Assembly: GCA_041659265.1 (NCBI GenBank)
Contig: JBAZYP010000007.1
Coordinates: 9,928-73,927 of the forward strand
Length of the DNA: 64,000 nt
Origin: Candidatus Pacearchaeota archaeon
GTDB lineage: Archaea; Nanobdellota; Nanobdellia; Pacearchaeales; GW2011-AR1
Direction: 5' to 3'
The translations under genes and the position numbers were made by a program. Each line of letters starts with the position of its first letter. Within the stretch, counting starts at the first letter, position 1. This document shows positions 54,824 through 64,000 of the stretch, in pieces. The notes under the pieces are model-generated. The model ran no database searches and was not told the DNA's origin. It saw only the letters and a list, made by a program, of their open reading frames with translations.

Positions 54824-57800
54824 TTATTTTTGTTTAAGTCTAATCTTTAGTTCATAAAAATGTAATAATATGGATAAAATCCCCGTTAGTATCAATGATA
54901 AAAATCCAATATAAAATAATTTTCCTTGAATCAAATTAGCGACCCCTTCACCAATCCCTTTTTTAATAATAAATGTTTCTTGAGCTTCAGCAGGTTCAGT
55001 CTGTCCTAAATAATCCAATTTTACAAAGATTTTATATTCTCCTTCGTTTAATTTTGAAGTATCAAATTCTTTAATAAATTCAGTCTGAGTTTCAACAGGA
55101 ACTATTTCTTCCTCTTCAATATAGAGATTATCATTCATATCAGTTATTTTATAATAAAGATTGGCATTTACTTTTCCAGGTAAAGCTACATTAATTAAAC
55201 CAATTACTCCAGATATTTTTTTTCCTATATTTATCTCTTTCTTTAATAATCTTAAAGAAATATCAAATAAAGTTACTTTTTTTGGTTTAATTTTTTTTGG
55301 AGGTATTATCGAATTGGTATTATTTACTATTTCATTTTTTTTAGATGGAATAGACAAAATTTCCTGATTTCCACTCCCCCCATAAGAAATAATATTTTCT
55401 TCAGATATATCCATTTGATAAAAAACCTCTTTATTTCCACTAAGATTAATTATAAAATTAGCAGATTCATTCATAAAATTTATTTCAATGGAATAATTAG
55501 ATAAATAATTTATAGTTTCCGAATTTTCCATTATATACTCGCTTGCAATAAAATAAATTCTGCCATCATTATCCGTAGTTTTTAAGGAGATTAGATTGCC
55601 TTCATTATCTTTCAAACTTACATTAGCATTTGGAATTGGAATTCCTGAAGTATTATTTAAATAAACATTAATATAAAATGAATAATTTAAAAATGCATTG
55701 CTGGTACTGTCCCAAAAAATATTTTCTATTGAAGTATTAATAAAATTCCATACGCCATTATCAATACTATCAGATACATAAAAACCATATTGGGAATAAT
55801 TTCCAATATTCGAATCTTTTATAATAAAATTATTATTTGATCCAGTTACAAATATAGAATAAGCAGATTCTTCTATAATTTCAAAAATTAATTTTTCAAA
55901 AATAGAATTTGCGTTGGATAAATAAAAATTTATACCTTTTGAATCATTACCACTAATATAAATCCTTTCTCCATAAAAATAATTTGTACTTCCAAGGCAA
56001 GATGATAAATAAATTCCATTTGCATTATTTCCCCTCTGAGTTATATTATTTTCAGAAAAATTATTATTTATAGAATTTTCAATTACTAATAGGCTAGAAT
56101 AATCTACATCTGAAAATAAATTATTTGTTTGAAAAAAGTTATAACTAGAATCTGTATTAATATATAATCCATAAGGAGTTTCATTAAATATAAAAATTGA
56201 ATTATTTAAAATATTTGAATAATAGATCTCAGAAGTATAAACACATTTGCCATCAAGAGAATAACAACTTATATTATTATTAGTAAAATTAACATAAGAG
56301 GAAGCAGATAATGAAGCCCCATATGATTGAAACCCTATGCTTGTAATAGAATTTGAATCAAGTTTTGTATAATCAGATTCTGAAGTTAAATAAATAGAAT
56401 AAGAATTAGGATGAAAAATAAAGAAATAATTTCCAGAAATATTTGATTCTGTTAAATATTCTAAATAAAATCCATAAGAACTATCATTATTAGAATAAAA
56501 ACTATTATTCACTACTGAAAAATTTGATCCTATTGAAACATATAATCCAGTATTATCTAATCCAAAATTAGTTAGATTATTATTTATAATATTTCCGTTT
56601 AAAGAATCTACTAAATAAATAGAATCAAGATAAGCAATTATATTATTATCTCTTATGGTAAAATTTTGAACTTGATTAAAGCAGATACCACTAGAATCTC
56701 CTCCAGAAATAAATATCGAGTTATTAATAAAATTATTTCCAAAAGAATTTTGCATAAGAATTGAACAAGTTGCCGAATCAAAATTATTTAAATTTAATTG
56801 ATTAGATTCAAAATTAGAATTATTAGTATAATTTACAATATAAAGATCATATGAATCCAATCCATAAGAAGTAATATTATTTTCAGTTAAATTAATAAAG
56901 TTTGAAGAATCTATATAAATTAAATAACTATAATTTCCAAAAGATAAAATTTGATTTTCATTCATATCAATAAGTTCGGATGATTGAATAAGTATTGGAA
57001 AAGAACTATTCCCTGAAGCATTAAAAAAATTGTTAGTTATATATGAATTTGTTATAGAATTTAAATAACCTCCATAATTATTTGTTGCATAAGTTGTTAT
57101 ATTATTATTGCTTAAATTTATCTCGGTATAATCTGCAAAAAATCCATAAGAATCTTCAGAATAAACCTTGATATCATTATTTAAAACAAGATTATTTATC
57201 CCTCCCTCTATATAAAGATTATAGCTGCTAGTTCCTGAAATATTTAAAGTATTATTTATTATTTGAGAATTAGATGAATCTGATAAAAATATATTACGTG
57301 TAGGAGTTATATCATCATTAGCCTCATAAATAATGCAATTAAGTATTCTTGTATTTGAATAACTAGAATAAATTCCATAACCAGGAGATTCCAAAGAATG
57401 CCCGATCTTATGATTATTACAATCTAAAGTTATATTATCTGCAGAAATAGTAAAACAAGTTTCAGTAGATTCAAAATCCCTGTCTAAAACATAAATCCCA
57501 TTTATAGTATTTAAGTCACCACATTCAGAAATATCAGGATCAATTTTAGCTTGAGTTTCGCCCTCACTAATTAAAAAATCAAAGCTATTAGAATCATATT
57601 TAGGTATTTCAAATCTAACAAGGATTGCCAAAGGTTTTTCCACTTCATTTGATTCATCAAACATTTTTACAACAAGACCGCTTATAAAACTAGATTTTAA
57701 TTCGCCATCTCCTTCACTTTCACCATATCCATTTCCTTCATCAGTTCCTATTCCTTCACCTTCACTCTCAATTTCATCTTCACTATCTTTATTACCCTCT

Positions 57801-58858
57801 TTTTCATTAATAACCTTATTTCCTTCATTATTAATTTCTTCAACATTCTCTTTTTCAGTTGATTTAATATTATCCTCCTTTCCATTAATACCCTCTTTTA
57901 AATTAGAATTCTCTTCACTTGATTCGTCAATTATTTCATCTTCATTTAAAATTTCATTAGATCCAGAACTATCTTCCTCTTCATTTAAAATTTCATTATA
58001 TTCAGAAATATTTTTATCATCTATAGATAAATTACTAATTTCATCAGAATCATCATAATCATTATTAGTGTTATTTTCTTCAATATTTTGATTATGAGAT
58101 TCATTTAAACTTTCAAAGGTTAGATTTCCTTCATTATATTGATTAGTCTCAACAATTTCTTCAGATTTATTATAATCTTTTTCTTTAATCAAATCTTCTT
58201 TAAGTTCTAAATTTTTTAATTCTACAAAATTATAAAAACTCCTTTTTTTAATTTTATTATTAATAATTTCTAATTTATTTCTTTTAACATCGCGAATATT
58301 ATTACCTTCGCTTTTTAAAATATTCTTTCTAAAAATTTTATTATCTTCATTAATAGAGAATAATTCTTTTTCTTGATTTAATAATCCCTTTATTTTTTCT
58401 TCACTGATTTCTATATCTTGCAAATTTTCATAAGTTAAGGTATAATCCTTTGAATATAATATTTCAATATCTTTAACATCATCAGGCTTTTCAAATTTAA
58501 GCTGAATATTTGGATTTTTTAATTCTAATTCATTCTTTCCTGTTAAATCAATTTGAAATATGGCTTCACAAACTTTCCAACCATCATCATTTTCAGGATT
58601 TTTCCAATGACAATTTATTTTTGGTTCAGTAGAGATAATAACCCCTGATGAATTTGAAAATTTGTATCCATTTAAATTAACTTCACTACCTTCACTTATC
58701 TCAGGCATTTCTATCTCACTTTTAGCAGATAAAATATCTTCAGTATTTTTTATTGAAAATAAAGTCAAATTTGGAACAGAAGAAATAAAAAATAATAAGA
58801 AAAAAATAAGAAAAAAACTCGTTATAAAAAATATTATTTTTTTTCTAGCTTCAGTCAT
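54824..58858 (-). CDS. Large (1344 aa) surface protein with an N-terminal TM helix, an acidic low-complexity region, a long right-handed parallel beta-helix (PbH1/NosD-like) repeat array and a C-terminal anchor module
   Basis: Repeating ..N.I.....GI.L..S..N.I.NN.I.. units run over about 600 aa. An E/D/N/S-rich stretch covers about residues 225-400. The C-terminal TM helix is LFYIGFLSLILTGILSILL. Confidence 0.85.
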   Translation of the reverse strand: MTEARKKIIFFITSFFLIFFLLFFISSVPNLTLFSIKNTEDILSAKSEIEMPEISEGSEVNLNGYKFSNSSGVIISTEPKINCHWKNPENDDGWKVCEAIFQIDLTGKNELELKNPNIQLKFEKPDDVKDIEILYSKDYTLTYENLQDIEISEEKIKGLLNQEKELFSINEDNKIFRKNILKSEGNNIRDVKRNKLEIINNKIKKRSFYNFVELKNLELKEDLIKEKDYNKSEEIVETNQYNEGNLTFESLNESHNQNIEENNTNNDYDDSDEISNLSIDDKNISEYNEILNEEEDSSGSNEILNEDEIIDESSEENSNLKEGINGKEDNIKSTEKENVEEINNEGNKVINEKEGNKDSEDEIESEGEGIGTDEGNGYGESEGDGELKSSFISGLVVKMFDESNEVEKPLAILVRFEIPKYDSNSFDFLISEGETQAKIDPDISECGDLNTINGIYVLDRDFESTETCFTISADNITLDCNNHKIGHSLESPGYGIYSSYSNTRILNCIIYEANDDITPTRNIFLSDSSNSQIINNTLNISGTSSYNLYIEGGINNLVLNNDIKVYSEDSYGFFADYTEINLSNNNITTYATNNYGGYLNSITNSYITNNFFNASGNSSFPILIQSSELIDMNENQILSFGNYSYLIYIDSSNFINLTENNITSYGLDSYDLYIVNYTNNSNFESNQLNLNNFDSATCSILMQNSFGNNFINNSIFISGGDSSGICFNQVQNFTIRDNNIIAYLDSIYLVDSLNGNIINNNLTNFGLDNTGLYVSIGSNFSVVNNSFYSNNDSSYGFYLEYLTESNISGNYFFIFHPNSYSIYLTSESDYTKLDSNSITSIGFQSYGASLSASSYVNFTNNNISCYSLDGKCVYTSEIYYSNILNNSIFIFNETPYGLYINTDSSYNFFQTNNLFSDVDYSSLLVIENSINNNFSENNITQRGNNANGIYLSSCLGSTNYFYGERIYISGNDSKGINFYLSNANSIFEKLIFEIIEESAYSIFVTGSNNNFIIKDSNIGNYSQYGFYVSDSIDNGVWNFINTSIENIFWDSTSNAFLNYSFYINVYLNNTSGIPIPNANVSLKDNEGNLISLKTTDNDGRIYFIASEYIMENSETINYLSNYSIEINFMNESANFIINLSGNKEVFYQMDISEENIISYGGSGNQEILSIPSKKNEIVNNTNSIIPPKKIKPKKVTLFDISLRLLKKEINIGKKISGVIGLINVALPGKVNANLYYKITDMNDNLYIEEEEIVPVETQTEFIKEFDTSKLNEGEYKIFVKLDYLGQTEPAEAQETFIIKKGIGEGVANLIQGKLFYIGFLSLILTGILSILLHFYELKIRLKQK

Positions 58859-59064
58859 TATATATTTTTCATAGGCAAATCAACTGGCTGATATAGTTTT
58901 GCCATTCCAACCTTCCTTACAATCACTTTTTCTCCACCCTCTAATCTAGCTAAAATTATTCTTACAGCACCCCGGGATAATCCACTCTCATTAACTATTT
59001 CAGTAATAGTTAATCCTCCATTATTTGTTCTATTTAATATATCTAAAATTAATTTATCATCCAT
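58858..59064 (-). CDS. Small winged-helix DNA-binding protein, translationally coupled to the 1344 aa gene
   Basis: 68 aa. LTITEIVNESGLSRGAVRIILARLEGGEKVIVRKVGMAKLY looks like HTH plus wing. The TAATG stop/start overlap is at 58858, and AGGAG lies upstream of its ATG. Confidence 0.6.
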   Translation of the reverse strand: MDDKLILDILNRTNNGGLTITEIVNESGLSRGAVRIILARLEGGEKVIVRKVGMAKLYQPVDLPMKNI

Positions 59065-59088
59065 AATTAACTCCTTTATTCATTAAAA

Positions 59089-59970
59089 TTACTTTGAGTC
59101 ATTTTTCTCATTTTTTTTTGTAAAAAAATTTATTAAAAAATAGAATAAAATGACAAAAAATACAAAAAGAACTATGCTAATTAATCCTGAATAAGAAGAT
59201 TTACCAATGATTTCAAAACTCTTTTCAGATATTGCGGTCTGATTTTTACCATAATAAATTGATGAAGTTATTTTATACTCTCCAGGTTCTAACCTTAAAA
59301 AATCAAAATTTTTTATTATTGAATCTTCTGTATAAACTACCTTATCATCAACACCAGTATAAACCTCACTTCCACTGGAATTAATTATAGAATAAACAAT
59401 ATTAATTCTTGATGGCCCCTCACCAAAATTAACAAATCTTATATATATTGTTAAATCTTTTGATTCAACAATTTTTTCTTCAGATAGTCCAACCTCAATA
59501 TCAAATAATTCCTTATAATTTGTTTCACCATTAAAATTTTCAGAATATTCTTTTAAATAGATAATTGCTTTATCATTATCAAAATTAATATAATTTATTA
59601 CAATATCCAGTTTACCATCCTTATTTAAATCAATAATTTTTGTTTCATTAAGTTTCAAACTACTTTTTTCATTATTAAATAAATAATAATCAATATTTTC
59701 AGAAGTTATTTTTTCTAAAATTAAAAAATATTTTTTATCGCCTATTAAAATCCTAAACGCCTCGTTATTACTATAACTTGAAGTATATCCCTTTGATAAT
59801 ACATTTGGACTGATTTCATTTATTTTTTTAATATTATCAAATATTGGATCTTTTTCTTCATCTATAGTTGAAGTTATTGTATCGCTAGTTGGAAAAGCAG
59901 AGATATTTGCTAAATATAATAAGATCATAATTCCTAAAAATCCAATTTTCAACCTAGTTAACTCTTGCAT
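59089..59970 (-). CDS. Surface protein with a signal peptide, a Ca-binding-like DLNKDGKLD loop and the shared C-terminal anchor module
   Basis: 293 aa. The C-terminal region ...RLEPGEYKITSSIYYGKNQTAISEKSFEIIGK...LISIVLFVFFVILFYFLINFF resembles the C-termini of the 1344, 1509 and 223 aa proteins. Confidence 0.65.
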   Translation of the reverse strand: MQELTRLKIGFLGIMILLYLANISAFPTSDTITSTIDEEKDPIFDNIKKINEISPNVLSKGYTSSYSNNEAFRILIGDKKYFLILEKITSENIDYYLFNNEKSSLKLNETKIIDLNKDGKLDIVINYINFDNDKAIIYLKEYSENFNGETNYKELFDIEVGLSEEKIVESKDLTIYIRFVNFGEGPSRINIVYSIINSSGSEVYTGVDDKVVYTEDSIIKNFDFLRLEPGEYKITSSIYYGKNQTAISEKSFEIIGKSSYSGLISIVLFVFFVILFYFLINFFTKKNEKNDSK

Positions 59971-59984
59971 ATCTTAATCCCCTT

Positions 59985-60036
59985 TTAACAATATTGTTAA
60001 CAACATCTAAAACAATATCATTAACATTATTGATCT
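59985..60036. promoter_or_regulatory. Perfect 16-bp palindrome TTAACAATATTGTTAA plus two degenerate copies in the divergent region between the surface-protein operon and the Lrp/AsnC gene
   Basis: 59985..60000 is perfect. 60009..60024 (AAAACAATATCATTAA) and 60021..60036 (TTAACATTATTGATCT) each match 12 of 16 positions. The first lies 15-30 nt upstream of the ATG at 59970. Confidence 0.4.
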
Positions 60037-60177
60037 TCAAACAAATATTTTTAAGGATATAAAGCTAAGGTTTATAAATTAAAATATATTAAATATATTA
60101 GTTGAATAAATAAACTCAGATTATTTAAACTATAAAAAATTATTATAATAATGTTTTATTTATAAACAAAAAAGAGA

Positions 60178-60744
60178 ATGAAAATTACAAAAAATGAAAA
60201 AAAGATATTAAAATTACTCCTATTAGATGCAAAAATCTCAGATATTGCTCTAGCCAAGGAATTAAAAATATCAAGTCAAGCTGTAGGAAAAATAAGAAAA
60301 AAATTAGAATCAACTATTATTGAATCTTATTCTATAAATCTAAACTATTCTAAATTAGGGATAAATCTTTTTGCAATAACACATTCAAAACTGACTCCAG
60401 AAGGACTTGATAAAGGAGAATTAGAAATTGAAGAAAAGCTTCTTGAAGAACCCAATATTATCCAAATTAATCGACTTCCAAGTGGAAATTCTACCCATAT
60501 TATACTATATGGATTTAAAGATATGGTTGAACTTGATGATTTCTTTCATTCACCTAAGAAAAAACATGAACTCCATAAATATATTGAAACTAAAGATATT
60601 TTTACATTTTCAAATCATAGTTTAATAAAGAATAATCCAAGACAATTATTTGAAAAAGTTATAGAAGAAACGAGTTGCGAAAATATTGAAACAACTTCTT
60701 ATTTTAAAGAATTAGAAAATTTCAAGAAAAAAATTAAAGAATAA
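60178..60744 (+). CDS. Lrp/AsnC-family transcriptional regulator
   Basis: N-terminal HTH_AsnC pattern NEKKILKLLLLDAKISDIALAKELKISSQAVGKIRKKLE..II, followed by an alpha/beta effector-like domain. Confidence 0.75.
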   Translation: MKITKNEKKILKLLLLDAKISDIALAKELKISSQAVGKIRKKLESTIIESYSINLNYSKLGINLFAITHSKLTPEGLDKGELEIEEKLLEEPNIIQINRLPSGNSTHIILYGFKDMVELDDFFHSPKKKHELHKYIETKDIFTFSNHSLIKNNPRQLFEKVIEETSCENIETTSYFKELENFKKKIKE

Positions 60745-60750
60745 AAATAA

Positions 60751-63700
60751 ATGGAAGAAATTGACTATAAGGCAATAATAGATAGTACTTATGACTGCGA
60801 AATAGTTAGAGATAAAAATTTGAATCTAATTTATGTTTCTCCTTCATTTGAAAGAATTTTTGGTTATAAAAATATTGATTATCTATCTGGAAAAATAAAA
60901 ACAGAAACAATTATTTATAAAGAAGATATAGATAAAATAAATAAATATTTCGAATTATTAAAAAAATTTGGAACTATAGAAGATTCTGAAATAAGAGGAA
61001 TTACAAAAGATAATAAAATTATTTGGTTATCCTTATCCTGTCAACCAATAAAAGATTCAAAAGAAAATAATATTGGAATGCGTTGTAGTTTAAGAGAAAT
61101 TACAAAAAGAAAAATTAATGAAGAAAATTTAAAAATTTCATTAGAAAAATTAGCTTTATCTCAAAAAGCAAGTAATTCAGGAGCATGGGATTGGGATATG
61201 ATTTCAAATAAATTATCTTGGACAGATGAATTTTATAACCTTTTTGGAATTAATAGAAAAGACTATCCGGAAAGTTTTGAAACATGGAAAAATCTGCTTC
61301 ACCCAGAGGATAAAGAAAGAACTATTAAGATATTAAATGAATCAATAATTAATAAAACCCACTTAAAAAATTATTATAGGATAATAAAACCCAATAAAGA
61401 AATTATCTGGATAGAAGCCTTAGGAAATACCTATTATAAAGATAATAAAGCGATTAGAATGTCTGGAATCTGTATTGATATAACAGAAAAAAAAAATATT
61501 GAAGAAAAATTAAAAGAATCTGAAGAAAGATTTAAAATACTTTCAGAATCTTCAATTAACGGCATATATCTTACTGATCCAAAAGGAGATTGTATCTATG
61601 CTAACCCTGCTTGGTTAGAAATGGCTGGAATTAAATTTAATGAAGCGCTAGGGAAAGGTTGGATAAACGCTCTGCATCCAGAAGATAAAAAGACAATAAG
61701 TGAAAATTGGTATAAAACAGTTGAATCAAATGGTAAATGGGCGTTTGAATATAGATTTATTACACCCTCAGGAAAAATTCATTGGATTTATGGTAGAGCT
61801 AAAGCAATATTTGATTTGAATAATCAATTAATTGGTTTTATTGGTAATAATACAGACATAACTGAAAAAAAAAGAATAGAATTAGAATTAAAGGAAGAAA
61901 AAGAAAAATTTAAAAAAATATTTGAAACAAGCCCATTAGTTCTAGGTTTATCAACAATTGAGGATGGAAAATATATAGAGGTTAATGAAAAATTTTTAGA
62001 AGTATTTGATTTAAAAAAAGAAGAAGTTATTGGTAAAACATCTAAAGAACTTAATATCTTCTCAAATTACGAGGATAGAAATAAGATTATCGAAAGTTTA
62101 AAAGAAAAGAATATAGAAAAAGGTATAGAAATAAAAATAAATACAAAAAAAGGACCTGTTCTTTATCAATTCTATATTTCAAAAACCTTTTATCAAGAAA
62201 AAGAACATTTATTGGTAATTGGTCAAGATATTAATGATAAAAAAGAATTTGAAACTAAAATAAAAGAATCTGAAAATTTTCTAAATCAGATTATTGAAAA
62301 TTTGCCTTTAATGATATTTGTTAAAGATGCTAAAGAGTTAAGATTTGAAATTTTAAATAAGAAAGGTGAAGAGATATTTGGACAAAAAAGTGAAAATATA
62401 ATTGGAAAAAATGATTATGATTTTTTTCCTAAAGATCAGGCTGAATTTTTCATAAAAAAAGATATGGAAACGATTAATAGTAAAAATTTAATAGATATTC
62501 CAGAAGAACCGATTAAATCACCAATGGGTGAAAGAATTCTACATACAAAAAAAATTCCTTTATTTGATGAAAATAATGTTCCAAACCACCTTCTAGGAAT
62601 TTCCGAAGATATAACTGAAAAAATAAATTTAAATAAACAGATAATAGAGAGTGAACAAAAATTTAAATCTTTATATTATTCTATGAATGAGGGGGTGGCT
62701 TTGCATGAATTAGTCTTTGATGATAAAAATAACCCTATTGATTATATTATCCTTGATGTAAATCCCAAATTTGAAGAAATTACAAATATTAAAAGAGAAG
62801 ATATAATAAATAAAAAAAGTATTGAAATTTATAAAACAAAAGAACCTCCTTATTTTAATGTCTATAAAGATGTTTCATTAAATGGAAAATCAACTAATTT
62901 TGAAAGCTATTTTGAACCTATGAAAAAACATTTCTCGATTTCAGCTTTTTCTCCATCTAAAAATAAATTTGCAACAATATTTACAGATATAACTGAAAAA
63001 ATTGAAAAAGAAAAAAGATATCTTGAACTTTTTAATAATATTAATGATGCAGTCTTTATTCACGATCTAGATGGTTATTTTTTAGAAGCAAACGAAGTAT
63101 CAATAAAAAGATTAGGTTATTCAAAAGAAGAATTATTAAAAATGAATCTAAAAAATATAGATTTACCAATTTTCCAAGAAAAAATAAAAGAAAGAGTTAA
63201 TAATCTTGTTAATAATGGATCCAACATATTTGAATCAGTACATGTTACAAAATCCGGAAAAGAAATTCCAGTAGAAATTAATACAAAAATTATAGATTAT
63301 CTAGGAAAAAAAGCCATTTTAAGTATTTCAAGAGACATATCAGAAAGAAAAAAGAATGAAGATATCTTAAAAAAAAGTTCTCAAGAATGGGAAACTACAT
63401 TTAATTCAATGCAAGACCTTATTTCCATACATGATAAAGATTATAGAATAATTAAAGTGAATAAGGCATTTGCAGATGCATTTAATCTTAAACCAGAAGA
63501 GATAATTGGAATGAAATGTTATGAACTGGTTCATTCTAAAACCAGTCCTCTTCCTTTTTGCCCACATAAAAAAGCTATGGAAGAGGGTTCCCCTCAAAAA
63601 TTAGAATATTATGATGAACATCTAAAATTATATCTTGAAGTTGGAACAAATCCCATTTATAATGAAAATAAGGAATTTATTGGTACAGTTCATGTTGTTA

Positions 63701-63870
63701 GAAATATTTCAGAAAGAAAAAATATTGAAAAAGAAATTATTATGAAAAGTCAAGAACTTGAAAAATTTAATCAATTTGCAGTTGGAAGAGAAATGAAAAT
63801 GATTGAATTAAAAAAAGAGATTAATAATTTATTAAATAAATTAAATGAAAAACCAAAATACGAAGTATAA
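60751..63870 (+). CDS. Multi-PAS (eight PAS/PAC units) sensor protein without a recognisable kinase or other output domain
   Basis: Eight PAC-end motifs were read directly: REITKRK, IDITEKK, TDITEKK, QDINDKK, EDITEKI, TDITEKI, RDISERK and RNISERK. It ends with AVGREMKMIELKKEINNLLNKLNEKPKYEV. No HisKA H-box or HATPase N/G boxes were seen. Confidence 0.85.
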   Translation: MEEIDYKAIIDSTYDCEIVRDKNLNLIYVSPSFERIFGYKNIDYLSGKIKTETIIYKEDIDKINKYFELLKKFGTIEDSEIRGITKDNKIIWLSLSCQPIKDSKENNIGMRCSLREITKRKINEENLKISLEKLALSQKASNSGAWDWDMISNKLSWTDEFYNLFGINRKDYPESFETWKNLLHPEDKERTIKILNESIINKTHLKNYYRIIKPNKEIIWIEALGNTYYKDNKAIRMSGICIDITEKKNIEEKLKESEERFKILSESSINGIYLTDPKGDCIYANPAWLEMAGIKFNEALGKGWINALHPEDKKTISENWYKTVESNGKWAFEYRFITPSGKIHWIYGRAKAIFDLNNQLIGFIGNNTDITEKKRIELELKEEKEKFKKIFETSPLVLGLSTIEDGKYIEVNEKFLEVFDLKKEEVIGKTSKELNIFSNYEDRNKIIESLKEKNIEKGIEIKINTKKGPVLYQFYISKTFYQEKEHLLVIGQDINDKKEFETKIKESENFLNQIIENLPLMIFVKDAKELRFEILNKKGEEIFGQKSENIIGKNDYDFFPKDQAEFFIKKDMETINSKNLIDIPEEPIKSPMGERILHTKKIPLFDENNVPNHLLGISEDITEKINLNKQIIESEQKFKSLYYSMNEGVALHELVFDDKNNPIDYIILDVNPKFEEITNIKREDIINKKSIEIYKTKEPPYFNVYKDVSLNGKSTNFESYFEPMKKHFSISAFSPSKNKFATIFTDITEKIEKEKRYLELFNNINDAVFIHDLDGYFLEANEVSIKRLGYSKEELLKMNLKNIDLPIFQEKIKERVNNLVNNGSNIFESVHVTKSGKEIPVEINTKIIDYLGKKAILSISRDISERKKNEDILKKSSQEWETTFNSMQDLISIHDKDYRIIKVNKAFADAFNLKPEEIIGMKCYELVHSKTSPLPFCPHKKAMEEGSPQKLEYYDEHLKLYLEVGTNPIYNENKEFIGTVHVVRNISERKNIEKEIIMKSQELEKFNQFAVGREMKMIELKKEINNLLNKLNEKPKYEV

Positions 63871-63872
63871 AA

Positions 63873-64000
63873 ATGAAATTAAAATATAAAATTTTAAGTG
63901 GAATTGTTATAATATTAATAATAAGTATCTTATCCATTATATTCCTAATGACATATAATCAACTAAGTTTTAAAAAATATCTCGGAGAACAATCAATAAA
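63873..64000 (+). CDS. Partial CDS running off the window; the N-terminus has a TM helix
   Basis: ATG at 63873, giving MKLKYKILSGIVIILIISILSIIFLMTYNQLSFKKYLGEQSI..., open to the window end and 2 nt after the PAS gene stop. Confidence 0.4.
   Translation, partial: MKLKYKILSGIVIILIISILSIIFLMTYNQLSFKKYLGEQSI

Noticed and set aside
1-64000. rRNA genes, RNase P/SRP RNA and transposase/IS elements
   Set aside because: The only GC-enriched structured islands found in intergenic DNA were the four tRNAs and the tRNA-like remnant. No transposase-like ORF or terminal inverted repeats were recognised.

Overview
This is a very AT-rich archaeal chromosomal segment. Archaeal markers are TFB, an Sm/LSm protein, ribosomal proteins S8e, L44e and S3Ae, RNase Z, and four tRNAs, one of which carries an intron at the canonical 37/38 position. 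The compact, overlapping gene layout resembles a small-genome, DPANN-like archaeon; this is inference from style, not a database hit. No rRNA gene or CRISPR array was seen.

The window has two kinds of content.

(1) Positions 1-8427 look like the right end of an integrated mobile element. A tyrosine integrase lies directly downstream of tRNA-Cys. The element carries a type IV secretion / conjugation-like operon: a VirB2-like pilin, a VirB6-like membrane protein and a truncated VirB4-like ATPase. It also carries a defence-like module: an RHH protein plus a beta-class DNA methyltransferase, convergent with a DUF262 (ParB-like) protein plus an ABC-type ATPase with a Toprim-like C-terminus.

(2) Most of the remaining window is surface-protein clusters interrupted by short housekeeping islands.
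- 11.4-19.0 kb: four anchored proteins, including a 1509 aa protein.
- 24.1-32.0 kb: a three-gene operon, one gene with a pilin-type (class III) signal peptide. Its last gene has an open frame running 96 codons upstream of its first usable start.
- 35.3-38.0 kb: three secreted proteins, two of them paralogs.
- 39.2-59.9 kb: a co-directional block with a 4859 aa protein, a 1344 aa beta-helix protein and a 293 aa protein.

Each giant gene is immediately preceded by, or fused to, a tiny DNA-binding module (RHH or winged HTH). PAS-only sensor proteins, an HTH-PAS protein and an Lrp/AsnC regulator lie around them. The intergenic regions hold perfect palindromes and phased direct repeats.

I consider this sensor/regulator plus giant-adhesin arrangement, the DUF262 + ATPase-Toprim pair and the archaeal T4SS-like element to be the best candidates for undescribed biology. 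All functional calls rest on motif reading by eye, since no searches were possible.
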